64,000 nucleotides of DNA, from sequence record SRR31156797_601; one strand, 5' to 3'. The position numbers and the translations under genes were made by a program. Below, one piece after another: positions 9,472 to 18,300 of this stretch; the first letter of the stretch is position 1; each line of letters opens with the position of its first letter. The notes under the pieces were generated by a model. It made no database searches and was not told the DNA's origin. It saw only the letters and a program-made list of their open reading frames with translations.

Positions 9472-10494
9472 ATGGGAAAAGCAGTTTGTTTTGGAGAAAT
9501 AATGGGCAGATTGTGCCCTGAAGGATATTTGAGGATAGTACAGGCTAATAAACTTAATCTGACGTTTGCTGGTGGTGAAGCAAACGTAGCAGTGTCATTG
9601 GTCAATTACGGTGCTGAAGCTTCACTTGTAACAAAATTACCTGAAAATGATTTAGGGAAATCGGTTGTTAGAACACTTAGAAGTTATGCAGTTGATTTAT
9701 CTGATGTTGTCTATGGCGGCGAAAGATTAGGTATGTATTATGTGGAAAAGGGTGCATCTCAGAGGCCATCAAAAGTAATTTATGATAGAAAGTATTCGTC
9801 TATTTCTATGGCGAAGCGAGAAGACTTTGACTGGGATAAGATATTTGAAGGAGTAGATTGGTTCCACTTTACTGGAATTACACCTGCTTTATCAGAAATT
9901 ATGCCAGATATTTGTCTGGATGCTTGTATAGCTGCAAAGAAAGCAAATGCTACTATTAGCTGTGATTTGAATTATCGTAAGAATCTTTGGAGCAGAGAAA
10001 AAGCTAAAGAAACCATGACAAAACTAATGAGCTATGTAGATGTATGCATTGCAAATGAAGAGGATGCGAGTGATGTTTTTGGAATTATAGCAGAAGGCTC
10101 TGATATTACAGGTGGTTCACTAAAACATGAAGGATATATCAGCGTAGCTAAACAGATAGAAGAAAAATTTGGATGCTCTACAGTTGCAATAACCTTGAGA
10201 GAGAGTATATCTGCAAGTGACAACAACTGGGCGGCAATGTTCTATACAGGCGGTCAAAGCTATTTTTCAAAGAAGTATTCAATTCACTTAGTTGATAGAG
10301 TTGGCGGCGGAGATTCATTCGCAGGAGCCTTAATTTATACACAACTATCGGGCTTTGAGCCACAGAAAGCAGTGGAATTTGCAGTAGCAGGTTCATGCCT
10401 AAAGCACACAGTGGAAGGTGACTTTAATCAAGTGACTGTTAATGATGTTTGGCGATTGGCTGAGGGAGACGGTTCAGGCAGAGTACAAAGGTAA
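9472..10494 (+). CDS. kdgK: 2-dehydro-3-deoxy-aldonate kinase (PfkB family, KdgK-like)
   Basis: FGEIM.RL, GGEANVA, GASQRPSKVIYDR, DLNYR..LW, VDRVGGGDSF, GSGRVQR. Confidence 0.88.
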   Translation: MGKAVCFGEIMGRLCPEGYLRIVQANKLNLTFAGGEANVAVSLVNYGAEASLVTKLPENDLGKSVVRTLRSYAVDLSDVVYGGERLGMYYVEKGASQRPSKVIYDRKYSSISMAKREDFDWDKIFEGVDWFHFTGITPALSEIMPDICLDACIAAKKANATISCDLNYRKNLWSREKAKETMTKLMSYVDVCIANEEDASDVFGIIAEGSDITGGSLKHEGYISVAKQIEEKFGCSTVAITLRESISASDNNWAAMFYTGGQSYFSKKYSIHLVDRVGGGDSFAGALIYTQLSGFEPQKAVEFAVAGSCLKHTVEGDFNQVTVNDVWRLAEGDGSGRVQR

Positions 10495-10504
10495 TGGTCA
10501 GATT

Positions 10505-10559
10505 TGTGCAAAGTTGTAATGTTTTGTCCAAATACATATATGAAATGAAAATATATAAT
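10505..10559 (+). promoter_or_regulatory. Activator-dependent promoter of the ABC importer genes
   Basis: Direct repeats TTTGTGCAAA (10503-10512) and TTTGTCCAAA (10523-10532) with 20-bp period; TATAAT at 10554-10559; aligns with 5832-5886. Confidence 0.65.
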
Positions 10560-10597
10560 TGATATATGATTTTGAGATAGTTGTTATGGAGAAGGTT

Positions 10598-12094
10598 ATG
10601 AATGTAAATAAAGTAGAATTCAAGAATATTACAAAGGTGTTTCCCGGTGTACGTGCATTGAATAATGTAAGCTTTACAGCTAATGGTGGAGAGGCGATTG
10701 CATTTGTCGGTGAAAATGGAGCTGGTAAATCAACATTGCTTAAAATATTGAATGGTGATTATCAGGCAACCAGTGGGAAATATTTGATTAATGATAAAGA
10801 GGTGACTTTCTCAGAACCAAAGGAAGCAATAGAAGCAGGAATAAGTATTATTTATCAGGAAAGGCAGCTAATACCTGAGGTCAGTATAGCCGAGAATGTT
10901 TTTGTTGGTGAACTGCCAAAGAAGAAAAGCGGTTTGATTGATTACAATTTGCTGTACGAAAACACACAGAAATTAATTGATGAATTTGGACTTCCGCTTG
11001 ATGCAAGGGAGAAAGTAAAAGACATCAGTATTGCGCATCAGCAGATGATTGAGATATTAAAAGCCTATAAAAGAAATTCCAGAATAATAGCATTTGATGA
11101 ACCTACAGCATCTCTTACAACTTCAGAAATAAAGATTCTTTTTGATTGTATTTGTAAGATGAAAAAAGAAGGAAAAATTATAATGTATGTCTCTCACAGA
11201 ATGAAAGAGATTGAACAGATTGCCGATACAATAGTGGTATTTAAGGATGGTGAATTAGTCAGACGATTGAGCAAAGAGGAAGCTAATCCTGAGCTGTTAA
11301 TAAAGCTGATGGTAGGCAGAAACTTAGGTGATATCTTTAATGAGCTGGAACGCAATACAGAATTTGGTGAAGTGATTCTAGAGGCTAAGAATTTGTCTAC
11401 TAAGTATGTTCACGACATTAATTTTACACTTAGAAAAGGTGAGGTGCTGGGATTTTCAGGTTTGGTTGGTTCAGGCAGAACAGAAGTGATGAAAGCTATA
11501 TTTGGTCTTGACCATATTACTAAAGGTGAATTATTAGTTAATGGCAGTAAAGTTCACTTTAGGTCACCTGAAGATGCTATGAAAAAGAAAATAGCCCTTT
11601 GTCCAGAGGACAGAAAAGAGGAAGGAATTCTTCCAAATCTTTCAGTTAGAGAAAACATCACAGTGTCTATATTAGATAAATTGGTTAATAGATTGTCATT
11701 TATCAATAGAGATCAGGAAATAGATATTGCTGAATGCGATGTGAAGAAACTCAATATAAAGACACCAAATATAGAAAAAAAGATTGCAGAACTAAGTGGA
11801 GGAAATCAGCAGAAGACGATTATTGCAAGATGGCTGGATACTAACCCACAGGTTCTGATACTGGATGAACCAACAAAAGGTATAGATGTTGGTGCAAAAT
11901 CTGAATTCTATAAATTGATTTGTGAATGTGCTAAAGAGGGCATTGGGGTAATCGTAATTTCATCAGAAATGCCAGAGATTATTGGCTTAGCAGATAGGAT
12001 TATTGTAATGAAGGACGGCACAATTACTGGTGAAGTTATGCGTGAAGATGCAAATGAGGAAAGTATATTAGCATTAGCAATGCTTGATGACTAA
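10598..12094 (+). CDS. Monosaccharide (CUT2) ABC transporter ATP-binding protein (AraG/RbsA-like)
   Basis: Two nucleotide-binding domains: GENGAGKST, FDEPT, LSGGNQQK, LDEPTKGIDVGAK. Start moved to ATG 10598. Confidence 0.93.
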   Translation: MNVNKVEFKNITKVFPGVRALNNVSFTANGGEAIAFVGENGAGKSTLLKILNGDYQATSGKYLINDKEVTFSEPKEAIEAGISIIYQERQLIPEVSIAENVFVGELPKKKSGLIDYNLLYENTQKLIDEFGLPLDAREKVKDISIAHQQMIEILKAYKRNSRIIAFDEPTASLTTSEIKILFDCICKMKKEGKIIMYVSHRMKEIEQIADTIVVFKDGELVRRLSKEEANPELLIKLMVGRNLGDIFNELERNTEFGEVILEAKNLSTKYVHDINFTLRKGEVLGFSGLVGSGRTEVMKAIFGLDHITKGELLVNGSKVHFRSPEDAMKKKIALCPEDRKEEGILPNLSVRENITVSILDKLVNRLSFINRDQEIDIAECDVKKLNIKTPNIEKKIAELSGGNQQKTIIARWLDTNPQVLILDEPTKGIDVGAKSEFYKLICECAKEGIGVIVISSEMPEIIGLADRIIVMKDGTITGEVMREDANEESILALAMLDD

Positions 12095-12105
12095 GGAGAA
12101 GATAT

Positions 12106-13101
12106 ATGTTAAGAAAAAGAAAAGGCGTTACAAGCCAGGTAATGGATAGGGTGGGATTGATTATTGCTTTGTTAGTAATAGTACTAATATTTTCCCTGAT
12201 GAACGAAAATTATTTCAGTATGCAGAATATGGTGAATATTTGTGTTGCAGCATCATTGATAGGATTGGTTGCAATTGGTGAAACATTCTTGATTATTTCA
12301 GGTTCAGTAGATTTGTCAGCAGGTTCAGTAGCTGCATTTGCATGTGTATTAAGTGCGTATTTATTGGACAATGGTATCAATACAGTATTTACGATAATAA
12401 TGGTTTTGATTGCTGGTGCAATAATTGGTTATGCTAATGGTTTAGCTGTTACAAAGCTGAAGTTGGAACCATTTATTGCTACATTGGCGACAATGTCAAT
12501 TGTACGTGGTATGGCATATATTATTTGTTCAGGACGACCAATATTTATAAATAATCAATTCTTTATAAGTATTGGCAGTCAAAGATTTTTTGGTCCTATG
12601 ACAATACCGGTAATACTGTTGATAGTATGTTTTATTATTTTTGGGATTATATTAAACAGAACAAAATTCGGACGCAGTACATATGTACTTGGCGGTAATA
12701 AATATGCAGCACGTTTAGCAGGATTAAATCCAACTAGAATTACTAGCAAGTTGTTCATGCTAACTTCAATCCTCGCATCACTTGGAGGAATATTGCTGGC
12801 TGCCAGAATGAACTCAGGTAATCCTTCTGCATCTGAAGGTCTTGAATTTGATGCGGTAACAGCTGCAGTTTTGGGCGGTACAGCATTCTCCGGTGGTGTA
12901 GGTACAATGCTGGGCACAGTGCTTGGTGTGTTTATTCTACAGGGGTTCAACACTGGTTTAATCATGGTAAACGTTCCTACATTCTGGCAAAAGGTTGCAA
13001 AAGGTTTGCTTCTATTAGTGGCATTGGCATTTGACTACTATAGAAAACTAAGGAGAGAGAAGAAACAGCTTGAGAAGAGCATGGAAGAATTTAACAAGTA
13101 A
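12106..13101 (+). CDS. Monosaccharide ABC transporter permease (AraH/RbsC-like)
   Basis: VDLSAGS, PFIATLATM, GGNKYAARLAG, AAVLGGT; multiple TM helices. Confidence 0.93.
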   Translation: MLRKRKGVTSQVMDRVGLIIALLVIVLIFSLMNENYFSMQNMVNICVAASLIGLVAIGETFLIISGSVDLSAGSVAAFACVLSAYLLDNGINTVFTIIMVLIAGAIIGYANGLAVTKLKLEPFIATLATMSIVRGMAYIICSGRPIFINNQFFISIGSQRFFGPMTIPVILLIVCFIIFGIILNRTKFGRSTYVLGGNKYAARLAGLNPTRITSKLFMLTSILASLGGILLAARMNSGNPSASEGLEFDAVTAAVLGGTAFSGGVGTMLGTVLGVFILQGFNTGLIMVNVPTFWQKVAKGLLLLVALAFDYYRKLRREKKQLEKSMEEFNK

Positions 13102-13162
13102 AGATTTAGTATTACAATACCATAGTTAAATGCTATGAGTTATAATAAACAAGGAGGAAAGT

Positions 13163-14218
13163 ATGAGAAAATTATTAGTCATTTTAATGGCACTAGTAAT
13201 GGCAACAGTAGTATTTGCAGGCTGTTCTCAAACAGAAGAAGCAGCAACAGAGGCAGTAGAGGAAGCAGCAGCAACACAGGCAGTTGAACAAGAAGAGGTG
13301 GCAGCAGACGATGAAATAGTCATTGCTGGTATTTACAAAATGGGCGATGCTGTATGGTTCATTGAAGAAGGTGCAGCAGCAGAGCAAACTGTAAAAGAAA
13401 TGGGTGCAAAAGACTTCAATTATATTGATGTACAAACAGACCCTGACCTATTCTTACAAGCTCTAGATAATGTTATCGTTCAAGGCGTTGATGGTGTATT
13501 AACATGTATACCTGATCAGCAATTGAGCCAAGTGGCTGTAGACAAGCTATCAGAGGCTGGCATTCCAGTAATCGCTTGCGATGACGCTCTTCAAGATGAA
13601 GATGGCAACAAATTAGCACCATGGGTTGGTATCAGCGGATACAAAATTGGTGAGTCATGCGGTAAATGGATGGTTGAATATATGCAGGAAAACAATCTAG
13701 TTGATGACGAAGAAGTCGGTATACTAATCCTTACAGCAGAAACAGTATCAAGCTGTGTACCAAGAACAGAAGGTGAATTGGCAGTAATCAAAGAAATGAT
13801 TCCTGAATTTCCAGAAGATAGAATCTTTAAAGGTGACCACTTAACAGACACAGAAACAGGCTATAATGCAGCAAGTACAATTATTACTGGTAATCCACAG
13901 ATCAAGAAGTGGATGGTATTAGGTGTAAGTGATGATGGAGCAGTTGGTGCAGTTCGTGCTCTGGAACAAGCTGGTCTGGATAAAGAATCATGTGCAATCG
14001 GTCTTGGCGGATACTTAGGACCTGGTGAATTCGAAAAAGAATATTCTGCATTCAAAGCAGCAGCTTACTTCTCAGCATATGACGTTGGAAGCACTTCTGC
14101 ATCATCTTTGATGAATAATATTTTAAACGGAACAGAAATTCCAATGGAATACGCAGTAGACGCAGTTATCGTAACAAAAGACAATTATAAAGAATTGATG
14201 CAGGAATACTTAGAGTAG
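13163..14218 (+). CDS. Monosaccharide-binding lipoprotein (AraF-like)
   Basis: Lipobox FAGC, acidic linker, KMGDAVWF..E (AraF-like), PVIACDD, SDDGAVGAVRALE. Confidence 0.85.
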   Translation: MRKLLVILMALVMATVVFAGCSQTEEAATEAVEEAAATQAVEQEEVAADDEIVIAGIYKMGDAVWFIEEGAAAEQTVKEMGAKDFNYIDVQTDPDLFLQALDNVIVQGVDGVLTCIPDQQLSQVAVDKLSEAGIPVIACDDALQDEDGNKLAPWVGISGYKIGESCGKWMVEYMQENNLVDDEEVGILILTAETVSSCVPRTEGELAVIKEMIPEFPEDRIFKGDHLTDTETGYNAASTIITGNPQIKKWMVLGVSDDGAVGAVRALEQAGLDKESCAIGLGGYLGPGEFEKEYSAFKAAAYFSAYDVGSTSASSLMNNILNGTEIPMEYAVDAVIVTKDNYKELMQEYLE

Positions 14219-14229
14219 TACTAATACAC

Positions 14230-14261
14230 TTAGGAGACATATCAAAAGGTGTGTCTCCTAA
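14230..14261 (+). terminator. Stem-loop after the SBP gene (mRNA stabiliser or partial terminator)
   Basis: TTAGGAGACAT...GTGTCTCCTAA inverted repeat. Confidence 0.65.
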
Positions 14262-14349
14262 TGCTATAATAAAGTAAAATAATAATGTTAAAAAGCTCAT
14301 GCAATAATTATATTTGCAATGGGCTTAGTGGCTTTTTGGAGGATGAATA

Positions 14350-15237
14350 ATGAGGATTACTAAATTGAATAGTCCATTATGTTTGCTCGGGGAAGGACCA
14401 GTTTGGAATGATACAGATAGTGCGATATATTGGCTGGATATATTAAATAACAAAATTTACAGGAAAAGTGATGGTAAGGAGAATGTCACATGTATCTGGG
14501 AAACTGATAGCAATATTGGTGGTATAGCTTTTGACAAAAACGGATATATTTTAGCTTTCGTAAAGGAAGGTGTGAAACGACTGGGATTAAGAAATGATGG
14601 CTTAGTAGATTGTGAGGAGCTTATTGTGTCATTTGATATCGCTGAAGATGAAAGATATAATGATGTTATAGTTGATCCAAAGGGGAGAATATTTGCTGGT
14701 ACAATGAAACCTACACATAAAGAAGGAAGGTTGATTTTATTTGAAAAGGGGAAGAATCCCAAAGTTGTACTTGAGCATCTTGGCATTTCAAACGGCATGG
14801 GATTTTCGCCGAATGAAAAATATTTCTACCATACGGATACTAAGCAAAGGATAATCACTCGATACAATTATAATGTAGAAACTGCTGAAATTCCATCTCC
14901 GTCTATCTTTTACACTGCATTGAGTGGGGATGGGTTTCCAGACGGAATGGCTGTTGATCAAAATGGTGAGATTTGGTCTGCATGCTGGGGAGCATTTCAG
15001 ATAATACACCTAAGCACTGAGGGTGAAATAATAGACAGAATAAAGCTAGATGCAAAGCAAGTGTCCAGCATTACATTTGGAGGAATTAATATGAATAAGG
15101 CATTTGTGACATCAGCGGGTATTGGTGCAGATGATGAGGAAACTTTCAAAAATATAGACGGAACAAAAATGGGTGGAAGTATATTTGAAATAGATATAAA
15201 TGCCGAAGGGAAAAAGGATTACAGAGCAGATATTTAG
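14350..15237 (+). CDS. SMP-30/gluconolactonase-family sugar lactonase
   Basis: LGEGPVW, RYND, SNGMGFSP, PDGM, ITFGG. Confidence 0.9.
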   Translation: MRITKLNSPLCLLGEGPVWNDTDSAIYWLDILNNKIYRKSDGKENVTCIWETDSNIGGIAFDKNGYILAFVKEGVKRLGLRNDGLVDCEELIVSFDIAEDERYNDVIVDPKGRIFAGTMKPTHKEGRLILFEKGKNPKVVLEHLGISNGMGFSPNEKYFYHTDTKQRIITRYNYNVETAEIPSPSIFYTALSGDGFPDGMAVDQNGEIWSACWGAFQIIHLSTEGEIIDRIKLDAKQVSSITFGGINMNKAFVTSAGIGADDEETFKNIDGTKMGGSIFEIDINAEGKKDYRADI

Positions 15238-15279
15238 GATATTTGGTATGGTTATGTTGATAACCGTTGGGGGAATCAG

Positions 15280-17058
15280 ATGTTAAATCGTATTAAACAC
15301 TATTATGGAAAGCAAAGTGTACAGTTTAAGCTATTAATATTTGTGATAATAATAGTTTATGTAGTTGTGCTTTCTTTGACCATACCTTATATGATTATTT
15401 ACAAACGAAGCATAGAAAATAGTATTAATAATCAAGCTATGCAGATAAATCAACAACTAAAAAATAGTGCTGAGGGGTATTTTGAGTCTGTTGAAATGAT
15501 GGTGGATAATCTGAATAAAAATGAAAGTGTTATTATGTTTTTAGAGCACTCATGGCAGTATTATGATGAGCAGCTTGAAGTTGAACAAGAGATTAAACAG
15601 GAATTATTTGATTTTAAAGATGTAAATAAAGATGTAATAGGTCTTGCAATTGTTAACAACAAAGGTGAAATGATTAGCAATGATATGGTTAGAATGGGAA
15701 CAGTGAACCTTACAGAAGACTATTGGTATCATAAATCTATAAGCAATGCAAATAGGATTCATATCAATTCAAAACTAACAGGTACAAATATAAAAAGTAT
15801 ATACGATTACTATTCTTCTGATGTTGTGGTTTCGTACTCAAAGGCACTAATTGACGATTCGGGTAATATTAATGGGGCGATACTCATTAATATTAAGCTG
15901 GGAACTATTGAAAATATATTCGAAAATGTTGGCTTTGGTGATGATGATTTCTTTTATATTGTAAATAGAAACGATGAAGTAGTGTATGCGCCGCTTAATG
16001 AAACTGTGCATCGTGTTAATACCGACTGGATTACAGGTAATGACGGAAGAATAGTAAAAACTATCCGTGGTACTGAATATCAGATTAACTATAAATATTC
16101 AAGCTATTTAGACAGCTATATTGTATCCGTTTTTTCATTGGAAGAGAGTGGCAGAACAATAAGAACTCTGATGATAGTATCTATTATGGTTTCAATTTTT
16201 ATGATGGTAATTGCTTCAATCTTTGGCTATCTTGTTACGAATAATTTTAAACGAAGGCTTGATTTGCTCAAGTCAATGATGCATACAGCACAGAAAGGTC
16301 AGCTGGAGGCACAATTTGCACCAACATATAATGATGAGATAGACGAGCTGGGTGAAAGCTTTAACCAAATGATAAGATCATTGAGCGGCATGGTGAAACA
16401 AATTGAGCATGACCAAAAGACATTGAGAAAGAGTGAACTTAAAACTTTTCAGATGCAGATAAAGCCGCATTTTTTATATAATACACTTGATACAATTAAT
16501 TGGATGGCACAAGAGTACGGCGCAGAAGATATTTCTAATATGGTTCTGGCACTTACAACTTTTTTCAGAATGAGTTTGAATAATGGAAAAGAGGTAATAT
16601 CTCTTGGCGAGGAGCTTGAACAAATTAAGAGCTATATGGAGATACAAAAAATCAGATATGAAAACAAATTTGATTTTTATATAGAATGCAGTGAAGAACT
16701 GATGAGCTATAGAGTTATAAAGCTGATATTGCAGCCTATTGTTGAAAATAGTATATACCACGGTATTAAGTACAAAAAGGGGAAAGGGAGTATCAGGGTC
16801 AAAGTTGAGAGAATAGATGAAAAAATAGAATTTCTGATTACAGATGACGGAATTGGTATAGATGATGATACATTACGAGATATAAACATTAATTTGAAAA
16901 ATGGTAAAAGCAAAGATACTGATAAGTATGGAATAGGTATTTATAATGTAAATGAACGTATTAGGCTGACATTTGGCAATGAATATGGACTTAGCATAAT
17001 AAGAAATCCTGAAAAAGGGATAACGGTTAGGATAGTAATACCTGTTGTTGAAAAGTAA
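15280..17058 (+). CDS. YesM-like sensor histidine kinase (Cache, HAMP)
   Basis: Two TM helices, HAMP (DEIDELGESFNQM), QIKPHFLYNTL H-box, LQPIVENSIYHG, DDGIG, GIGIYNV. Confidence 0.93.
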   Translation: MLNRIKHYYGKQSVQFKLLIFVIIIVYVVVLSLTIPYMIIYKRSIENSINNQAMQINQQLKNSAEGYFESVEMMVDNLNKNESVIMFLEHSWQYYDEQLEVEQEIKQELFDFKDVNKDVIGLAIVNNKGEMISNDMVRMGTVNLTEDYWYHKSISNANRIHINSKLTGTNIKSIYDYYSSDVVVSYSKALIDDSGNINGAILINIKLGTIENIFENVGFGDDDFFYIVNRNDEVVYAPLNETVHRVNTDWITGNDGRIVKTIRGTEYQINYKYSSYLDSYIVSVFSLEESGRTIRTLMIVSIMVSIFMMVIASIFGYLVTNNFKRRLDLLKSMMHTAQKGQLEAQFAPTYNDEIDELGESFNQMIRSLSGMVKQIEHDQKTLRKSELKTFQMQIKPHFLYNTLDTINWMAQEYGAEDISNMVLALTTFFRMSLNNGKEVISLGEELEQIKSYMEIQKIRYENKFDFYIECSEELMSYRVIKLILQPIVENSIYHGIKYKKGKGSIRVKVERIDEKIEFLITDDGIGIDDDTLRDININLKNGKSKDTDKYGIGIYNVNERIRLTFGNEYGLSIIRNPEKGITVRIVIPVVEK

Positions 17059-17079
17059 AGAAGTAAAGAAGAAGGACTG

Positions 17080-18300
17080 GTGCGAAAAATGTTAAAGCTG
17101 ATTATTGTTGATGATGAACCAAGAATCAGACGTGGTTTAATGAATTGTCTGCCTTGGGAAGATATGAACATAGAAGTAGCGGGAGAAGCTGAGGATGGAC
17201 AAGAGGCTATCGAACTTGCTAAAGATATCAAGCCAGATATTATGTTTTTGGATACATATATGCCTATCAAAAATGGTATTGAAACCGCACGCGAAATGGC
17301 AGATATTATGCCTGAATGCATATTAATAATAATATCAGGATATGACGAGTTTGAATATGCACAACAAGCTATTGAATGCGGTGTTTTTAGCTATATATTA
17401 AAACCTGTTGATAAGAAGAAATTGAAAGAAACTGTGGAAAAGGCAATAGAGTCAAAGATAAAAAATCAAACTATAAAGGAGTATTCCGAATGGGCAGAGA
17501 ATTATATTGAGGATAATGGACAACAATTAAAGAAAAATGTGATTTTGAGCTGGATAAAGGGGAATATTTCGACTTCCGAGATTGAAAAAAGGAAGAAGAT
17601 ACTACCTATTGATAAAAACGCAAAATACGGTATGTTTATTATTAATAAACTCAGCATTATGAAAAACAAGGAAGAGTCCAAACAGCCTATGTTTATGGGG
17701 TTTGAAGAAATTGCAGAAAAGTATGTAAAAGGAGTATTTGGCAATAACACAATACTGGCTGAATATGAAGAAGATAAATTTTTAGGATTTTTTGAATATA
17801 CAAGAGAAATGGACGTGTCAGACTTGGTGTGTCAGGCATCTCAAGCGATTGAATATCACTGTGGTTATATTTGTGTTAGTGATTATATTGTTGTAGATGA
17901 CGTTATGCAAATAAGTGATAAGTTCAGAGAATTAGTTGATATCTGTGAACGAAAAACAACACTTTCGCCATCTTTATTAATGGTTAAAGCATATGTGGAC
18001 AATAATTATACGGATCCAGAATTGACATTGAACGAAGTAGCAGAGAAACTTTTTGTTAGTGAGTCATACATATCAAGACTATACAAAAAGGAACTTGGAA
18101 AGACATTTAGTGAATATTTAACCGGACTTCGTATAGAAAAAGCAAAAGAGTACTTGCTTTATCCATACTCAAAAGTTTATGAAGTAGCGGAAAAGGTAGG
18201 GTATAAGACACAGCATTACTTTAGTAGAGTATTCAAAGCTGATGCAGGTATGACTCCCCTAGAGTATAAACTGCATAATGAGGGGAGAAAAGAGAAGTGA
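17080..18300 (+). CDS. YesN-like response regulator (receiver plus AraC HTH)
   Basis: IVDDE, FLDTYMP (phospho-Asp), YILKP; C-terminal VGYKTQHYFSRVFK. The start may be ATG 17089. Confidence 0.92.
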   Translation: MRKMLKLIIVDDEPRIRRGLMNCLPWEDMNIEVAGEAEDGQEAIELAKDIKPDIMFLDTYMPIKNGIETAREMADIMPECILIIISGYDEFEYAQQAIECGVFSYILKPVDKKKLKETVEKAIESKIKNQTIKEYSEWAENYIEDNGQQLKKNVILSWIKGNISTSEIEKRKKILPIDKNAKYGMFIINKLSIMKNKEESKQPMFMGFEEIAEKYVKGVFGNNTILAEYEEDKFLGFFEYTREMDVSDLVCQASQAIEYHCGYICVSDYIVVDDVMQISDKFRELVDICERKTTLSPSLLMVKAYVDNNYTDPELTLNEVAEKLFVSESYISRLYKKELGKTFSEYLTGLRIEKAKEYLLYPYSKVYEVAEKVGYKTQHYFSRVFKADAGMTPLEYKLHNEGRKEK

